Part shown: positions 10,582 through 20,626 of the stretch, one piece after another
Numbering within the stretch: the stretch's first letter is position 1
Layout: each line of letters starts with the position of its first letter
DNA from: a bacterium
GTDB taxonomy: Bacteria > UBA8248
Assembly (NCBI GenBank): GCA_965261085.1
Contig: OZ253442.1
Coordinates: 1,664,001-1,728,000, forward strand
Length of the DNA: 64,000 nt
Direction of reading: 5' to 3'
Program-made: the position numbers and the translations under genes
The notes under the pieces: generated by a model
Seen by the model: the letters and a program-made list of their open reading frames with translations, nothing else
The model's database searches: none
Told to the model about the DNA's origin: nothing

Positions 10582-11610
10582 TCACACCGCCTCATACGCC
10601 CGGTGCACCGCGCGGCTTGCGCCGTTCCACCCCGGCATCACCGCGCCAAGCGGCCCGTTGCCGCCCGCCACGATGAGGTGCAGGTCTTCCGGTTCGTTCA
10701 CGGCGCGGATGAAGAAATCATCATCATCCCTGTCCACGGGATACTCCCACCGCCCGTTCGGCTTATCCTCCCGCCAGGGGCCGCCGCGCTTGAGCTCGCC
10801 CACCGTTCTGCCCGCGTTCGCTGAGACGTATGCGTGCACGTCCGCGCGGGAAAACCCCGCCTTGGCGCACAGGCGGGCGTGTTCGGGGGAGAGGATGAGC
10901 ACGGTGTCCGACCTCACCCAGATGGGCCACGAACCCATCGCCGCCATGTTGTCCATGTGGGAGACGAGCAGGCGCTTGGGGTCGCGGTCCACGTCGTTGA
11001 AGATGATGTGGGGGTTTTCCACCATCACGGCGGTGATGACGTCTTCATCCGCCCCGTAGCCGCGCGATGCGGCCAGCGATTCCCAGGGGCTGTCCTCTTC
11101 GTTCTCCGCTATGCAGAACGTGAAGCGAGACGGCTGGCTGTAGATGCTCATGCACGCCACGCGCGCGACGCCGCCCCCCAGGTTGAGCAAAAGGAGCCTC
11201 ACCGCGCGGCCGATGGTGGCGTTCGCCCGAAAGCCGGGGCCGAAGCATCCCTGGCCCCCCGTGACGCCGATTCGCTTCGCATAGGGGCCGTTTAAGATAA
11301 GAAGGGGCGCCACGCTGTGCATGGTGGCCTGCACGCCGCGCAGGTTGAGCGGTTCCTCGACGATGAGTTCCAGCGCCGCGATGACGACGGGCAGGTATTC
11401 GGGCTTGCAACCCGCCATCACGGCGTGCGTGGCGACGCTCCGCACGGTGGCGACCTCATCCAAAGGCGGGACGGGCGTCACCACCTCATCGGGGGCTCTG
11501 GACGTTCCCGCGAGCATGCGCTCGATTCTTTCTTCTGTTGGCGTGACCACGGGGAGGCCGTCCGACCAGGGTTTTTCCAAAAAAAATTCGAATTCATCCA
11601 TCTCGTTCAT
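10582..11610 (-). CDS. Conserved hypothetical protein (WSDGLPVV..PT family, often found beside UGSC thioredoxin-like proteins)
   Basis: WSDGLPVVTPT, AVMAGCKPEY, GPGFRANATIGRA, ENEEDSPW; paralog at 37708-38739. Confidence 0.75.
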   Translation of the reverse strand: MNEMDEFEFFLEKPWSDGLPVVTPTEERIERMLAGTSRAPDEVVTPVPPLDEVATVRSVATHAVMAGCKPEYLPVVIAALELIVEEPLNLRGVQATMHSVAPLLILNGPYAKRIGVTGGQGCFGPGFRANATIGRAVRLLLLNLGGGVARVACMSIYSQPSRFTFCIAENEEDSPWESLAASRGYGADEDVITAVMVENPHIIFNDVDRDPKRLLVSHMDNMAAMGSWPIWVRSDTVLILSPEHARLCAKAGFSRADVHAYVSANAGRTVGELKRGGPWREDKPNGRWEYPVDRDDDDFFIRAVNEPEDLHLIVAGGNGPLGAVMPGWNGASRAVHRAYEAV

Positions 11611-11681
11611 GGGTTGTTCTCCGGTTGGTGTTTTTAGAGTGTATGTTTCCTCACACTATCACGCATGGCTTTGTTTTGGCT

Positions 11682-11842
11682 CGTCATTCCGGCATACACC
11701 CCGAATGACGGGCGTTGTGATTTCTCCAGAATGACGGCGTAGGGGCGGACCTGTGTGTCCGCCCGTTTTATGTCTCCTCCATATAAGGGGGTGATGTGAT
11801 AGGTGATCGCATAGGGCGGACACACAGGTCCGCCCCTACAAA
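11682..11842. repeat. REP palindromes: GTCATTCC..GAATGAC plus an inverted GTAG-type pair
   Basis: GTAGGGGCGGACCTGTGTGTCCGCCC and GGGCGGACACACAGGTCCGCCCCTAC. Confidence 0.75.
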
Positions 11843-11886
11843 CCCTCCCTCCCCGCACAGCAACCCCTCATCAATCGGGTTTGACC

Positions 11887-12276
11887 TCACCCCCCGGCCT
11901 TGTTTTTCTCTATCGCGCGCTTCGCCGCCGCAAGCGCGTGGTTCGTTTTAGGAAAGCCGATATAGGGCGTAAGCGAAATGATGGCCTCTATCAACTCCTC
12001 GGGCGAGAGGCCCTGGTTCAGCACGCCGCGCGAGTGGATTTCCACCTCGCCCGATAAATCCTGCGCCGCCGCCGCCGCGACGATGAGCATCTCGCGCGTC
12101 TTGTTGTCGAGCAGGGGCTGGCTCCAGCAGGTGCCGAAACAGTATTCCACGATGGCGCGCGTGTGGGTGGGGGCGAGTTCGCCCATCTCGGTGAACGTGC
12201 CCGCGAGGCCGTCCTCACCATAGATGCCGAGAGATTTTCGTACCTCGATACCGCGCTCGTATCGCTCCTCGTTCAT
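11887..12276 (-). CDS. Carboxymuconolactone decarboxylase family protein
   Basis: EYCFG..W....LD.KTRE; H.RG.LN.G....EL.E; YIGFP. Confidence 0.85.
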   Translation of the reverse strand: MNEERYERGIEVRKSLGIYGEDGLAGTFTEMGELAPTHTRAIVEYCFGTCWSQPLLDNKTREMLIVAAAAAQDLSGEVEIHSRGVLNQGLSPEELIEAIISLTPYIGFPKTNHALAAAKRAIEKNKAGG

Positions 12277-12471
12277 GTGCGTCTCCTTGTGTGTGAAGGA
12301 TGATGGGCCGTAGGGACAGGTCGCGACCTGTCCTTGTCTTTTATATTGGACGGATGGTGATGGGCCGTAGGGGTGTCGAACTTCCCGAAGAGGGGAGCTC
12401 TAGTGTAGCCGCCCGCCTTTGTTTTGATCGTCATTCCTTGTCGGCGGTTCCTCCCCCCTCATCCGTTGCTC

Positions 12472-12861
12472 TCACTCGCTCTCCTCGGGAATCACGCCGG
12501 GCCGCGTGGTGATGAAGCACACCACGCACGCGCATATCGCAAAGAGCAGGACTCTCGCGTAGGCCGGCGCGCTTAAGAGATAAATCGAGGGCCCCGCCAG
12601 GATGACGATGAGCGAGACGGAGGTCCACTTGGCCCGGGGCCTGATGACGCCGTGGCGCTGCCAGTTCGTGATGAGCGGCCCGTAGAGCCTGTGGTTCAGC
12701 AGCCACCCGTGGAGTTTCTCAGAGCTTTTCGAGAACGCGAACGCCGCCAGCAGGATGAACGGGGTGGTGGGCAGGACGGGCAGCAGCAGGCCGATTATTC
12801 CCAAGCCCAGAGAAACGTAGCCCAGCGTCAGAAACAATGGACGGGATATTTTTCCCCACAT
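12472..12861 (-). CDS. YbaN / DUF454 family inner membrane protein
   Basis: LGIIGLLLPVLPTTPFILLAAFAFSKSS..H.WL..H..YGP. Confidence 0.9.
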   Translation of the reverse strand: MWGKISRPLFLTLGYVSLGLGIIGLLLPVLPTTPFILLAAFAFSKSSEKLHGWLLNHRLYGPLITNWQRHGVIRPRAKWTSVSLIVILAGPSIYLLSAPAYARVLLFAICACVVCFITTRPGVIPEESE

Positions 12862-13015
12862 GATTTCGCCACCCCCGCATGGACTGCGTATCTGTTTTGT
12901 TTCAGGAATTCTCCCCCGAAGCGGCGTTTTCCACAACGCGCGCGCTTGGGCTTTCTCCGGGCCGATGTATTAGAATGGGCGGACGCTACCTCTTATATAT
13001 ATCTCAGGAGACGAC

Positions 13016-14770
13016 ATGGCCGTTCAGGACAAAGTGAGCGCGGATTCTTTGTGGAAAGACTTGGAGGGCATCTGCCGGTGGGAGCGGTACACGGGCACGG
13101 AGGGCGAGAATGCGGCGGTGCGCTACATCGAGGCGGAGCTTTCGAGCTTGGGGATAGACGTCACCGTCCATGCGTTCGAATCGCTCATCAGCATACCCGG
13201 CGCGGCGACGCTCCACATACTGGGAGAAGGCGGAGAGCGGATTTCCGCCATCACGGCCGTTTTCGGCGCCTCCACCGGGGCGGCCGGCGTGATCGGGCAG
13301 GCCGTCTACGTCGGCGAGGCCGGCCCGCCGGCTACGCCCTTCACCCATCCTTATTATCAGGGCGCATCGGGGGAGCACCCCGTGGCGGGGCGCATCGTCG
13401 TGGCCGAGGGGATGCTGAGCCCGGGGCGCTTTTATTTCTTTGAGCAAAGGGGCGCCATCGCCCAGGTCTATGTGAACAAGGGCAACGCGCATGAGCTCAC
13501 CGTCTCCACCATCTGGGGCGCGCCGACGCCCGAGAGCATCGCGCGGCTGCCGGCGACGCCCGTCATCACCTTATCTCGCGAACAGGGCGCGGGGCTGATG
13601 GAGCGGCTCAAGGCGAAAGAAGAGGTGAGGCTCCTCGTCCATGCCAAGACGGATACCGCCTGGCGCGAGACCCTCATGCCCGTGGCCACCATCACGCCCG
13701 ATAACGGGAGCGATGAATACGCCCTCGTGGGCGGGCACGTCGACTCGTGGCACATCGGCGCGAACGACAACGCGGCGGGCGACGCCACGCTCATGGAGCT
13801 TGCGCGCATCGCCCACGCAACGCGGGGAGAGCTTAAGCGCGGCCTCAAGGTGGCCTGGTGGAACGGGCACTCGCACGGGCGCTTCTCGGGCTCCACCTGG
13901 TATGCGGACCACATGTTTCACGAGTTGCGCCGAAACTGCGCCGCTTATCTTAATATCGATCAGCCCGGCTGCCGGGGGGCGACGCTCTATCGTCCGTTCT
14001 GCACGGCGGACATACGAGACTGGGTGCAAGACGCCGTGGCGCGCATCGGCGGCCAGAGTACGCAGCCCGATCATCCCCGCAAAATGGCCGACCAATCCCT
14101 CTGGGGGGTGGGCGTTCCCTCGTTCTCCTTCCTGCCCGTGCTCCCGCCGGGTCATCCGGAGTTGCGAAAGGATCACCCATCAGACGGCTTTCCCGAATAC
14201 TGGCATCACCCCGCCGACACGCTGGACAAGATGGATAAGGACTTGTTGGCGGAGCATTGCCGCCTCTACGCGGCGTCGCTGCACGAGCTTTGCTCTCTCG
14301 AGCGGGTGCCCCTGAACCCGGCTGCGACCGCAGCCGTCGTGAACGAGGAGATCGGCAGGCTTGAAGAACAAGGGGGCGGCGCGGTGGACCTGGGCGATCT
14401 GCGCGAGGCGGGCGCGCGCTTCTCCCGTGCGTGCGAGGCGTTGGGCGCGAAGCTTAAGAGCATCGACACCGCCCGTGCCAACCGCGCGCTTCTCGATATG
14501 AGCCACGCGGTCAATCCCGTTCTCTACACCCTCGCGGGGCCGTTCGATCACGATCCGGCGAGCGGCGCGTTCAGAATGCCGGGGCTTCAGTGCGTGAAGC
14601 ATTACGCCGAACGAGGCCCAGAGAGCGACGGGGGGAAAGTCATCTACACGCGCATCCTGCGCGAGAAAAACCGCGTCGTCTCAGGCCTCGATGCCGCAAG
14701 CGCGCTGGCGGAGTCGGTGGAGGTCAATTCCGAGCGAGGAGGGGTTGTTGAAAAACCCCTGATTCCGTGA
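13016..14770 (+). CDS. M28 family metallopeptidase
   Basis: GGHVDSW, GANDNAAG, YLNID, WHHPADT; the C-terminus runs into a repeat element. Confidence 0.85.
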   Translation: MAVQDKVSADSLWKDLEGICRWERYTGTEGENAAVRYIEAELSSLGIDVTVHAFESLISIPGAATLHILGEGGERISAITAVFGASTGAAGVIGQAVYVGEAGPPATPFTHPYYQGASGEHPVAGRIVVAEGMLSPGRFYFFEQRGAIAQVYVNKGNAHELTVSTIWGAPTPESIARLPATPVITLSREQGAGLMERLKAKEEVRLLVHAKTDTAWRETLMPVATITPDNGSDEYALVGGHVDSWHIGANDNAAGDATLMELARIAHATRGELKRGLKVAWWNGHSHGRFSGSTWYADHMFHELRRNCAAYLNIDQPGCRGATLYRPFCTADIRDWVQDAVARIGGQSTQPDHPRKMADQSLWGVGVPSFSFLPVLPPGHPELRKDHPSDGFPEYWHHPADTLDKMDKDLLAEHCRLYAASLHELCSLERVPLNPAATAAVVNEEIGRLEEQGGGAVDLGDLREAGARFSRACEALGAKLKSIDTARANRALLDMSHAVNPVLYTLAGPFDHDPASGAFRMPGLQCVKHYAERGPESDGGKVIYTRILREKNRVVSGLDAASALAESVEVNSERGGVVEKPLIP

Positions 14771-15037
14771 ATTGGTGAATGAAACCAACCGGGGAGGAGA
14801 GGCCGTAGGGACAGGTCGCGACCTGTCCTTACAGGGCGGTGCGGTTTTGTTCGTCATTCCGGCGAAAGCCGGAATCCATTTGTTTTGCCTTTGTTTTTTA
14901 TTTTCTGATTGGTTCCCGTCGATGACGAGGAGATGAAAAGCCGGAGTTTTGTCCTTTTGCATCAGAATGGATTCCGGCTTTCGCCGGAATGACGACGGTG
15001 GTTAACTCCGAGCGCGGAGGGGTTTTTCAACAACCCC
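14741..15037. mobile_element. MITE-like element, copy 2
   Basis: Terminal inverted repeats GGGGTTGTTGAAAAACCCC / GGGGTTTTTCAACAACCCC; near-identical to 4203-4537. Confidence 0.7.
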
Positions 15038-15126
15038 GAGGAGCGAGGAATTGCGTACCAAGGCGGGAGGGTTTGACGCGACGGTGGAGGAATGGAATCA
15101 CTCCCCACTTGAATGTCAAACGCGAG

Positions 15127-15352
15127 CGATGAGGGGCTGTTGAAAAACCCCTCGTCGGGCGCATGGCCTTTACCCCCCTGACAAGGGGGGCCAGGGGGGT
15201 TGGTTTCCAGCCGAGGGAGGGCGAGCGGGACGGGTAAAGTACTATTCCCTCCGACTCCCCCCCATCCTTCCTTGCCATGAACGCTCCCTCCCCGGTCGCG
15301 TTCGACCCCCAACCCCCCTTGTCAGGGGGGCTTTTTCAACAACCCCTCATCG
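15127..15352. mobile_element. Second unit with the same terminal inverted repeats but different REP cargo
   Basis: CGATGAGGGGCTGTTGAAAAA ... TTTTTCAACAACCCCTCATCG; interior is the reverse complement of about 3948-4100. Confidence 0.55.
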
Positions 15353-15367
15353 GTCAGGTATGACCCC

Positions 15368-16297
15368 CTACCGCACCCTCAGGATAATCTTTCCGCGCAC
15401 GTGGCCGGTTTTGCTGATCTCGTGCGCCGCCGCCGCTTCGGCCAGCGGCATCTCTTGTATCTCGGGCGGGCGCACCGCTCCCGATGCGGCGAGTTTGATG
15501 ATTCTCCCCAAATGCGCGCGGTCCCGCCGCACGTCCGGGCGGATGACGCGCACGTCCTCTCTAGGCGGCGAAAAGCCCGGCGGACTCGCCACGATGTGCA
15601 CCAGCCGTCCCCCCGGTTTCAGGACCGAGAAGCTCCTCGCTTGCACCTCCCCGCCGATGGTGTCGAACACCACGTCGCAAGGAGGCGCCGCCTCGGCGAA
15701 GTCCTCCTTTTTATAGTCGATGGCGAAATCGGCCCCCAGGCTTTTCACGTATTCGTGGTTGGCCGCACTCGCCGTCGTGTAGACGGTGGCGCCGACGTGT
15801 TTCGCGTACTGCACGGCGAAACCGCCCACGCCTCCCGCGCCCGCGTGGATCAGGACTGTTTCACCGGCTTTCAGCCTGGCTTCGTCTTCAAGGGCTCTCA
15901 GGGCCGTGAGACCCGTGATGGCGAGCGCCGCGGCTTCTGAGTGTGAGAGGAAATCCGGTTTCGGGGCCGCAAGGGCTGCGGGTATGGCGATAGCCTCCGC
16001 GTATCCCCCTTCGCAACCCTGTTCATTGATGGCGAACACGGGGTCTTTGGGCTGAAAATCGGTTACGCCTGCCCCCGTTTCGCGGACGACGCCCGAGAAA
16101 TCCCTCCCCAGGATGTGGGGGAAGTGGGCGCGCACGTCTTCTTTGCGGAGTCCCTCGCGCACCTTCCAGTCGGCGGGGTTCACGCTCACCGCGTGGATAT
16201 CGACCACGATCTCCCCCGGCCCCGCCACGGGGTCGCGAGTATCTGCGTATTCGAGCACTTCCGGGCCGCCGTAGCCCCGCATCAAAATGGCTTTCAC
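15368..16297 (-). CDS. NADP-dependent oxidoreductase (MDR / quinone oxidoreductase family)
   Basis: VNPADWK, ILGRDFSG, VLIHAGAGGVG, RGKIIL. Confidence 0.9.
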   Translation of the reverse strand: MKAILMRGYGGPEVLEYADTRDPVAGPGEIVVDIHAVSVNPADWKVREGLRKEDVRAHFPHILGRDFSGVVRETGAGVTDFQPKDPVFAINEQGCEGGYAEAIAIPAALAAPKPDFLSHSEAAALAITGLTALRALEDEARLKAGETVLIHAGAGGVGGFAVQYAKHVGATVYTTASAANHEYVKSLGADFAIDYKKEDFAEAAPPCDVVFDTIGGEVQARSFSVLKPGGRLVHIVASPPGFSPPREDVRVIRPDVRRDRAHLGRIIKLAASGAVRPPEIQEMPLAEAAAAHEISKTGHVRGKIILRVR

Positions 16298-16401
16298 CGC
16301 GTTCTCCTTGGCTGTCTCATTCTTTTACTTAAGGTCCGCGAAGGGCCCTGTGTCCTCGATCAATCCCAGGTAGTTCGTGCGTATGTGGTACCACAGGGCG
16401 A
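16294..16401 (-). repeat. 108-bp diverged copy of 17681-17788 (gene 3' end, stop, RBS and GTG)
   Basis: Manual alignment gives about 15 mismatches. Confidence 0.85.
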
Positions 16402-16755
16402 ACTTCGCCTCGGGGGACCGTCAGAATGGTTATTGGGAATCTTATACATCATTTAACGAATTCCCGAGAAGGTGAGGTGTTTGAACGCTCTCGTTTTTTC
16501 TTCCGAAAATTTTGTTATGATTCTGGTGCAAGAATGTTGCGACACAGACTGTCAAAGCAAGTATAGGGAAAAATCCAGCGACCCTACAGAGCCGTACAAT
16601 GGAGATGGGTATCCGAGTGCATCAATCTCCTGTCCAGGAATTGAGAATTCGGGATTTCTCGGAGTGACGAACGGCTTGTCAATTTTTTGATGGCTCCCAT
16701 GTCATAAGGAGTTGGGCATATTAAACGGTTTCTCAAAGTAGAATGCCTTTTCGGA

Positions 16756-17559
16756 TTGTTAATCAGCATCTTCGCTTTTGGTGCTTTCGGAGAAACCGCT
16801 TGGGCCTGCTCGAACGATATGAAGACGACCGTATCCGGGGGTGAGGCGTGCTGGGCGATCCATGTGATCAATGACGGCGGAATCGAACCCGGACGGCCTC
16901 TCGTCGTCTTTCTGCATGGTGATGCCGAACCCGTCGGAAAAAGCGGAAGATATGGAAAAAGTATTAGAAGAATGCTGCGAAAGCTCAAAAGTAAGAATAT
17001 AAATACCATACTCTTAGCGCGTCCAGGTTGTGAAAGAGAATTGCCCACCGGTTTGATTACCACCGGAATCGACGTGTCATGCAGAGGCAATAATTATACG
17101 CCTGAGGTTCTCGATGGGCTGGCCGCTGCGCTGAAGGCGCTCAAAGCCCACTACAAACCCTCGAAGCTCATTTTGCTGGGACACTCCGGTGGAGCGATGA
17201 TTTCGGGCATTTTGCTGGGGAGGACCCCGGGTCTCGCGCAAGGCGCCGTGCTAGTGGGCTGGGGGTGCGACACTGCGGAATGGAGGGACTGGCGCAACTA
17301 TTCCGCCGGGAAAAGGGGCGAGTGGGATGAGAGTCTTTCCGCTATAGACTTTGTTGGCAAGGTGCCGGTGAAAACCAAAATCGTCGCGCTGACGGGAAGC
17401 AAAGATCAGAATACGCTTCCCAAGTTCGGCAAAATGTGCACGGATAAATTGATCGCCCGGGGCGTCACCGCGCGCTTTGAGGTTCTGGAAGGCTGGGGCC
17501 ATGGCTCCGCTCTAAGGACCGGTGACGTGACAGAGGCGGTTCTGGAGGTTTCTCGTTGA
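16756..17559 (+). CDS. Secreted alpha/beta hydrolase
   Basis: Signal-like N-terminus; VFLHGD; GHSGG nucleophile elbow; G..D and GH catalytic residues. Confidence 0.8.
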   Translation: MLISIFAFGAFGETAWACSNDMKTTVSGGEACWAIHVINDGGIEPGRPLVVFLHGDAEPVGKSGRYGKSIRRMLRKLKSKNINTILLARPGCERELPTGLITTGIDVSCRGNNYTPEVLDGLAAALKALKAHYKPSKLILLGHSGGAMISGILLGRTPGLAQGAVLVGWGCDTAEWRDWRNYSAGKRGEWDESLSAIDFVGKVPVKTKIVALTGSKDQNTLPKFGKMCTDKLIARGVTARFEVLEGWGHGSALRTGDVTEAVLEVSR

Positions 17560-17711
17560 TTTTGGGGCGTTTCTTCCCGAGATAAAGCTGCGAGGGGTCG
17601 AATTCCAGTTGTTTGCGTCCGCTACTTCAAGCGCATTGGCCTTTATTAGTTGTGCCTGATCGATCCGAACACCCTGCGTCTCACCGTGTTCTCCTTGGCT
17701 GTCTCATTCTC

Positions 17712-18287
17712 TCATGCGAGGTCCGCGAAGGGCCCTGTGTCCGCCTCCAGCCCCAGATAGTTCGTGCGTATGTGGTTCCACAGGGCGAGCTTTGTCCAGT
17801 CGGCGGTTTCGAGGACCCGGTAGTTTTGGTCGAAAAACGGGTTGGGGAGATAGAAGGTCACCATCTGCTCGTCGCGCCCGTTTAGCAGCGCCACCGAATA
17901 GCTCACGGGGGCGTGGCCCGCGATGGGGGGATTCTGGTAAATCCGCAGGAGCATCGCCCGCGCGCACTTTCGCCACCGCGCCAGTTCGGGCGGGCAGGGG
18001 TGTTGCGCGTCGCCCCGGTGCTCGCCGATGCACAGGTGAAAATGCCAATCGCCCAAATCGACGGTCAGGTAGCCGTCCAGATAGCTGATCCGGCGGGGAG
18101 GTGATTTCACGCGGCACTCGAACACGGCTCCTTGGATGCAGGGGCCGAAGACGAGCGATTCGTAGTGGTTCTCGAACAAGTCGCGCAGCATGGTTTCCAA
18201 CGGCTCGCGCTCGGGCCGGAATTCCCAGACGCACTGCCGGCTCCCGTCCGCGCCTGTTTCTTGTCGATACAGCACGTCTACCTTCAT
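17712..18287 (-). CDS. Conserved hypothetical protein
   Basis: FGPCIQGAVFE and WHFHLCIG; codirectional with the btu operon; GC-rich codon usage. Confidence 0.7.
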   Translation of the reverse strand: MKVDVLYRQETGADGSRQCVWEFRPEREPLETMLRDLFENHYESLVFGPCIQGAVFECRVKSPPRRISYLDGYLTVDLGDWHFHLCIGEHRGDAQHPCPPELARWRKCARAMLLRIYQNPPIAGHAPVSYSVALLNGRDEQMVTFYLPNPFFDQNYRVLETADWTKLALWNHIRTNYLGLEADTGPFADLA

Positions 18288-18351
18288 GCGAGACCCCGTT
18301 TGCGAACCGCGCCGCTTGTCTCGGCGGGACCCGGGCGGCGTGATTCTTAGG

Positions 18352-18810
18352 TTATTCAGTTGTTCGCAAAAGAGTATAGCGTATGGTCAGCACGAGTGTC
18401 TTATCCAGGTAGGGCAGGGGAGCCGATTTTCGCACCGCCTCCAAAGAGGCGTCATCCAGAAAGGCGTTGCCCGAGGTATTCTTGACTCTCAAGTCATGCA
18501 GCCGCCCATCCGGTAGAATCTGAAAACTCACCGTGGCCGCGCCCTGGGCCCCTGATTCCCGTGCGATGCCCGGGTAGTGCTGGTAGCGCCTGATGCGCTC
18601 GATGATGGCCTGAAGGCGCGCGTCCGCATCGACCCGCACCCGTCTTTTCCTGAAAGTGAAAGAGGGCGTTTCGGACGATGCGGGACGACTTGTCTTGAGC
18701 GATGGCGCGTCCACGGAGGTTTCGATCTCCTGGGCGAGAAGCGGTGCGGGCATCGCGAGAAGAAAGAAGGTGAGGATTCTCGCGCATACGAGGGTTTTGC
18801 CGGTTCTCAT
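18352..18810 (-). CDS. tonB: Energy transducer TonB (short, C-terminal domain)
   Basis: YPGIARESGAQGAATVSFQI..G....V..TSG...LD..S..AV. Confidence 0.8.
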   Translation of the reverse strand: MRTGKTLVCARILTFFLLAMPAPLLAQEIETSVDAPSLKTSRPASSETPSFTFRKRRVRVDADARLQAIIERIRRYQHYPGIARESGAQGAATVSFQILPDGRLHDLRVKNTSGNAFLDDASLEAVRKSAPLPYLDKTLVLTIRYTLLRTTE

Positions 18811-19592
18811 TCTCTCTCCTCCAGCGTGCGCATGATGAAGTATCGCTCTTCCTCGCCGTTCACCGGAAGAATCTGGGCGCATACGTGAAAAGCCTTTTCG
18901 ATGAGCCGGGGCGTCAGGACGCTGCCTGCGTTTCCTTGGGCCAGGATTTCTCCTTCATACAGCAAAAGCAGTTCATCGCAGTAGCGGAGCGCGAGGTTCA
19001 AATCGTGCACGGAGACGACCACGGTGCGTCCCTCACGGGCCTGGGCGCGCAGGATTTCCAGGATGGCGAGGCAGTGCCTGACGTCGAGATTCGCAAAAGG
19101 CTCATCGAGCAGCAGGACGGGCGTTTGCGCGGCGAGCGTTCTCGCGATCAGGACGCGCTGCAACTCTCCGCCCGAGAGTTCGTTGAGCGTACGGCTTGCA
19201 AGGTCGGTAGCGTCCACGTCGCGAAGCGCCGTGTCCACCGCCTCGCGATCGGCCCCGGTCTCGGGCGCGAGTCTCCCGAGATGGGGGTATCTCCCCATCA
19301 TCACCGTCTCCTCGACGCGGAAGGGAAACGTCGGCTCCTGCTTTTGGCCGAGATAGCCCACGCGGCGGGCGGTTTCTTTTCTGTCGAACGAATCGATGGG
19401 TTGGCCCTCCAGCGAGATACTCCCCGCCTTTACGGGCAGCAGACCCGCGAGCGCGCGCAGGAGCGTCGTCTTGCCCGCTCCGTTCGGGCCGATGACGCCC
19501 GTGAGCGCGCCCGGATGAAAATCGGCCGACACGTCTTTGATCACGTCCCGCTCGCCGAGTTCGAGGTATGCGTTTTCCACTTTGAGCAGCAT
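18807..19592 (-). CDS. Cobalamin/iron ABC transporter ATP-binding protein (BtuD/FepC-like)
   Basis: GPNGAGKT, LSGGELQRV, LLLDEP. Confidence 0.9.
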   Translation of the reverse strand: MLLKVENAYLELGERDVIKDVSADFHPGALTGVIGPNGAGKTTLLRALAGLLPVKAGSISLEGQPIDSFDRKETARRVGYLGQKQEPTFPFRVEETVMMGRYPHLGRLAPETGADREAVDTALRDVDATDLASRTLNELSGGELQRVLIARTLAAQTPVLLLDEPFANLDVRHCLAILEILRAQAREGRTVVVSVHDLNLALRYCDELLLLYEGEILAQGNAGSVLTPRLIEKAFHVCAQILPVNGEEERYFIMRTLEERE

Positions 19593-20626
19593 CAGAACAT
19601 CTCCGCTCGCGCGCGATTACTGACGATTAAGTAGAGGAAAAACGGCCCGCCGATGCTCGCCGATAGAACGCCCAAGCGTATTTCGCCTGCGGGCGAGAGC
19701 GTTCGCGCCAGCAAGTCCATACCCATCACGAATATGGCGCCCGCCATCATGCTGAGCGGCAGAAGGCGGCGGTGGTCCGGCCCGGCCAGCATGCGCACGA
19801 TGTGTGGAACGAGCAGGCCAACGAAGCCGACCACGCCAGATACGGCGACGGACGCCCCGGCGGCTGCGGCGGCGATGACGAGAATCCACGCCTTCGTCCG
19901 CGCCGTGTTCACGCCGAGCGCCATCGCGGATTCCTCCCCAGACATCATGAGGTTCAGTTCGCGCCCGAAGAAGGCGGCGGCGACCGCCGAGGCGGCGAAG
20001 AAGGGCGCCACGAGGAACACGTGCTCCCACGTGCGGTTCGTGAGACTCCCCATGAGCCAGAAGAGAATCTGGCGGGCGATCTCGAAATCGCTCACGCTGT
20101 AGCTGAGCACGAGCGTCGTCAAAGCGCCCGCGATGGAGTTCATCGCCATCCCGCAGAGGATGAGCGCGCCCAGCGGGGTGTGTCCTTTGTGGGAGGCCAC
20201 CAGGGAGACGAGAACCACCGTCGCAAGCGCGCCCCCGAAGGCGCTCAGGGGAACGGCCCAGATCGAGGCGGCTCCTAATCCCAAAGCGATGGCGCTCGTA
20301 GCGCCCAGCGCGCCGCCCGTGCTGACGCCGATGACGACGGGGCTCGCCATCGGGTTCCTGAAAAGACCCTGGAGCATCACGCCCGAAAGCGCGAGCGAGG
20401 CGCCGACGAAAGCGCCCGTGAGCGTCCTGGGGAGGCGGATGTGCCAGATGATGGCGCGCTCGTGCGCGGAGACGCCCGCCCCCTCAGCGGAGAGAAAGCC
20501 CAGTTCGCTCAGGATGACCTCGATAATTTTCTCAGACGCGATGTCCGTGACGCCCAGGCGGACGCTGAGGGCGGCGAGGAGCAAGGCGAGGGCGATCAGC
20601 ATAGCCGTGAGGGCGTATTTCCTCAT
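19592..20626 (-). CDS. FecCD/BtuC-family permease
   Basis: IRLPR, QGLFRNPMASP, GEESAMALG, GFVGLLVPH. Confidence 0.92.
   Translation of the reverse strand: MRKYALTAMLIALALLLAALSVRLGVTDIASEKIIEVILSELGFLSAEGAGVSAHERAIIWHIRLPRTLTGAFVGASLALSGVMLQGLFRNPMASPVVIGVSTGGALGATSAIALGLGAASIWAVPLSAFGGALATVVLVSLVASHKGHTPLGALILCGMAMNSIAGALTTLVLSYSVSDFEIARQILFWLMGSLTNRTWEHVFLVAPFFAASAVAAAFFGRELNLMMSGEESAMALGVNTARTKAWILVIAAAAAGASVAVSGVVGFVGLLVPHIVRMLAGPDHRRLLPLSMMAGAIFVMGMDLLARTLSPAGEIRLGVLSASIGGPFFLYLIVSNRARAEMF

Noticed and set aside
10582-11610. Adjacent UGSC-type selenoprotein partner
   Set aside because: No neighbouring thioredoxin-like ORF with an in-frame TGA was seen beside either paralog
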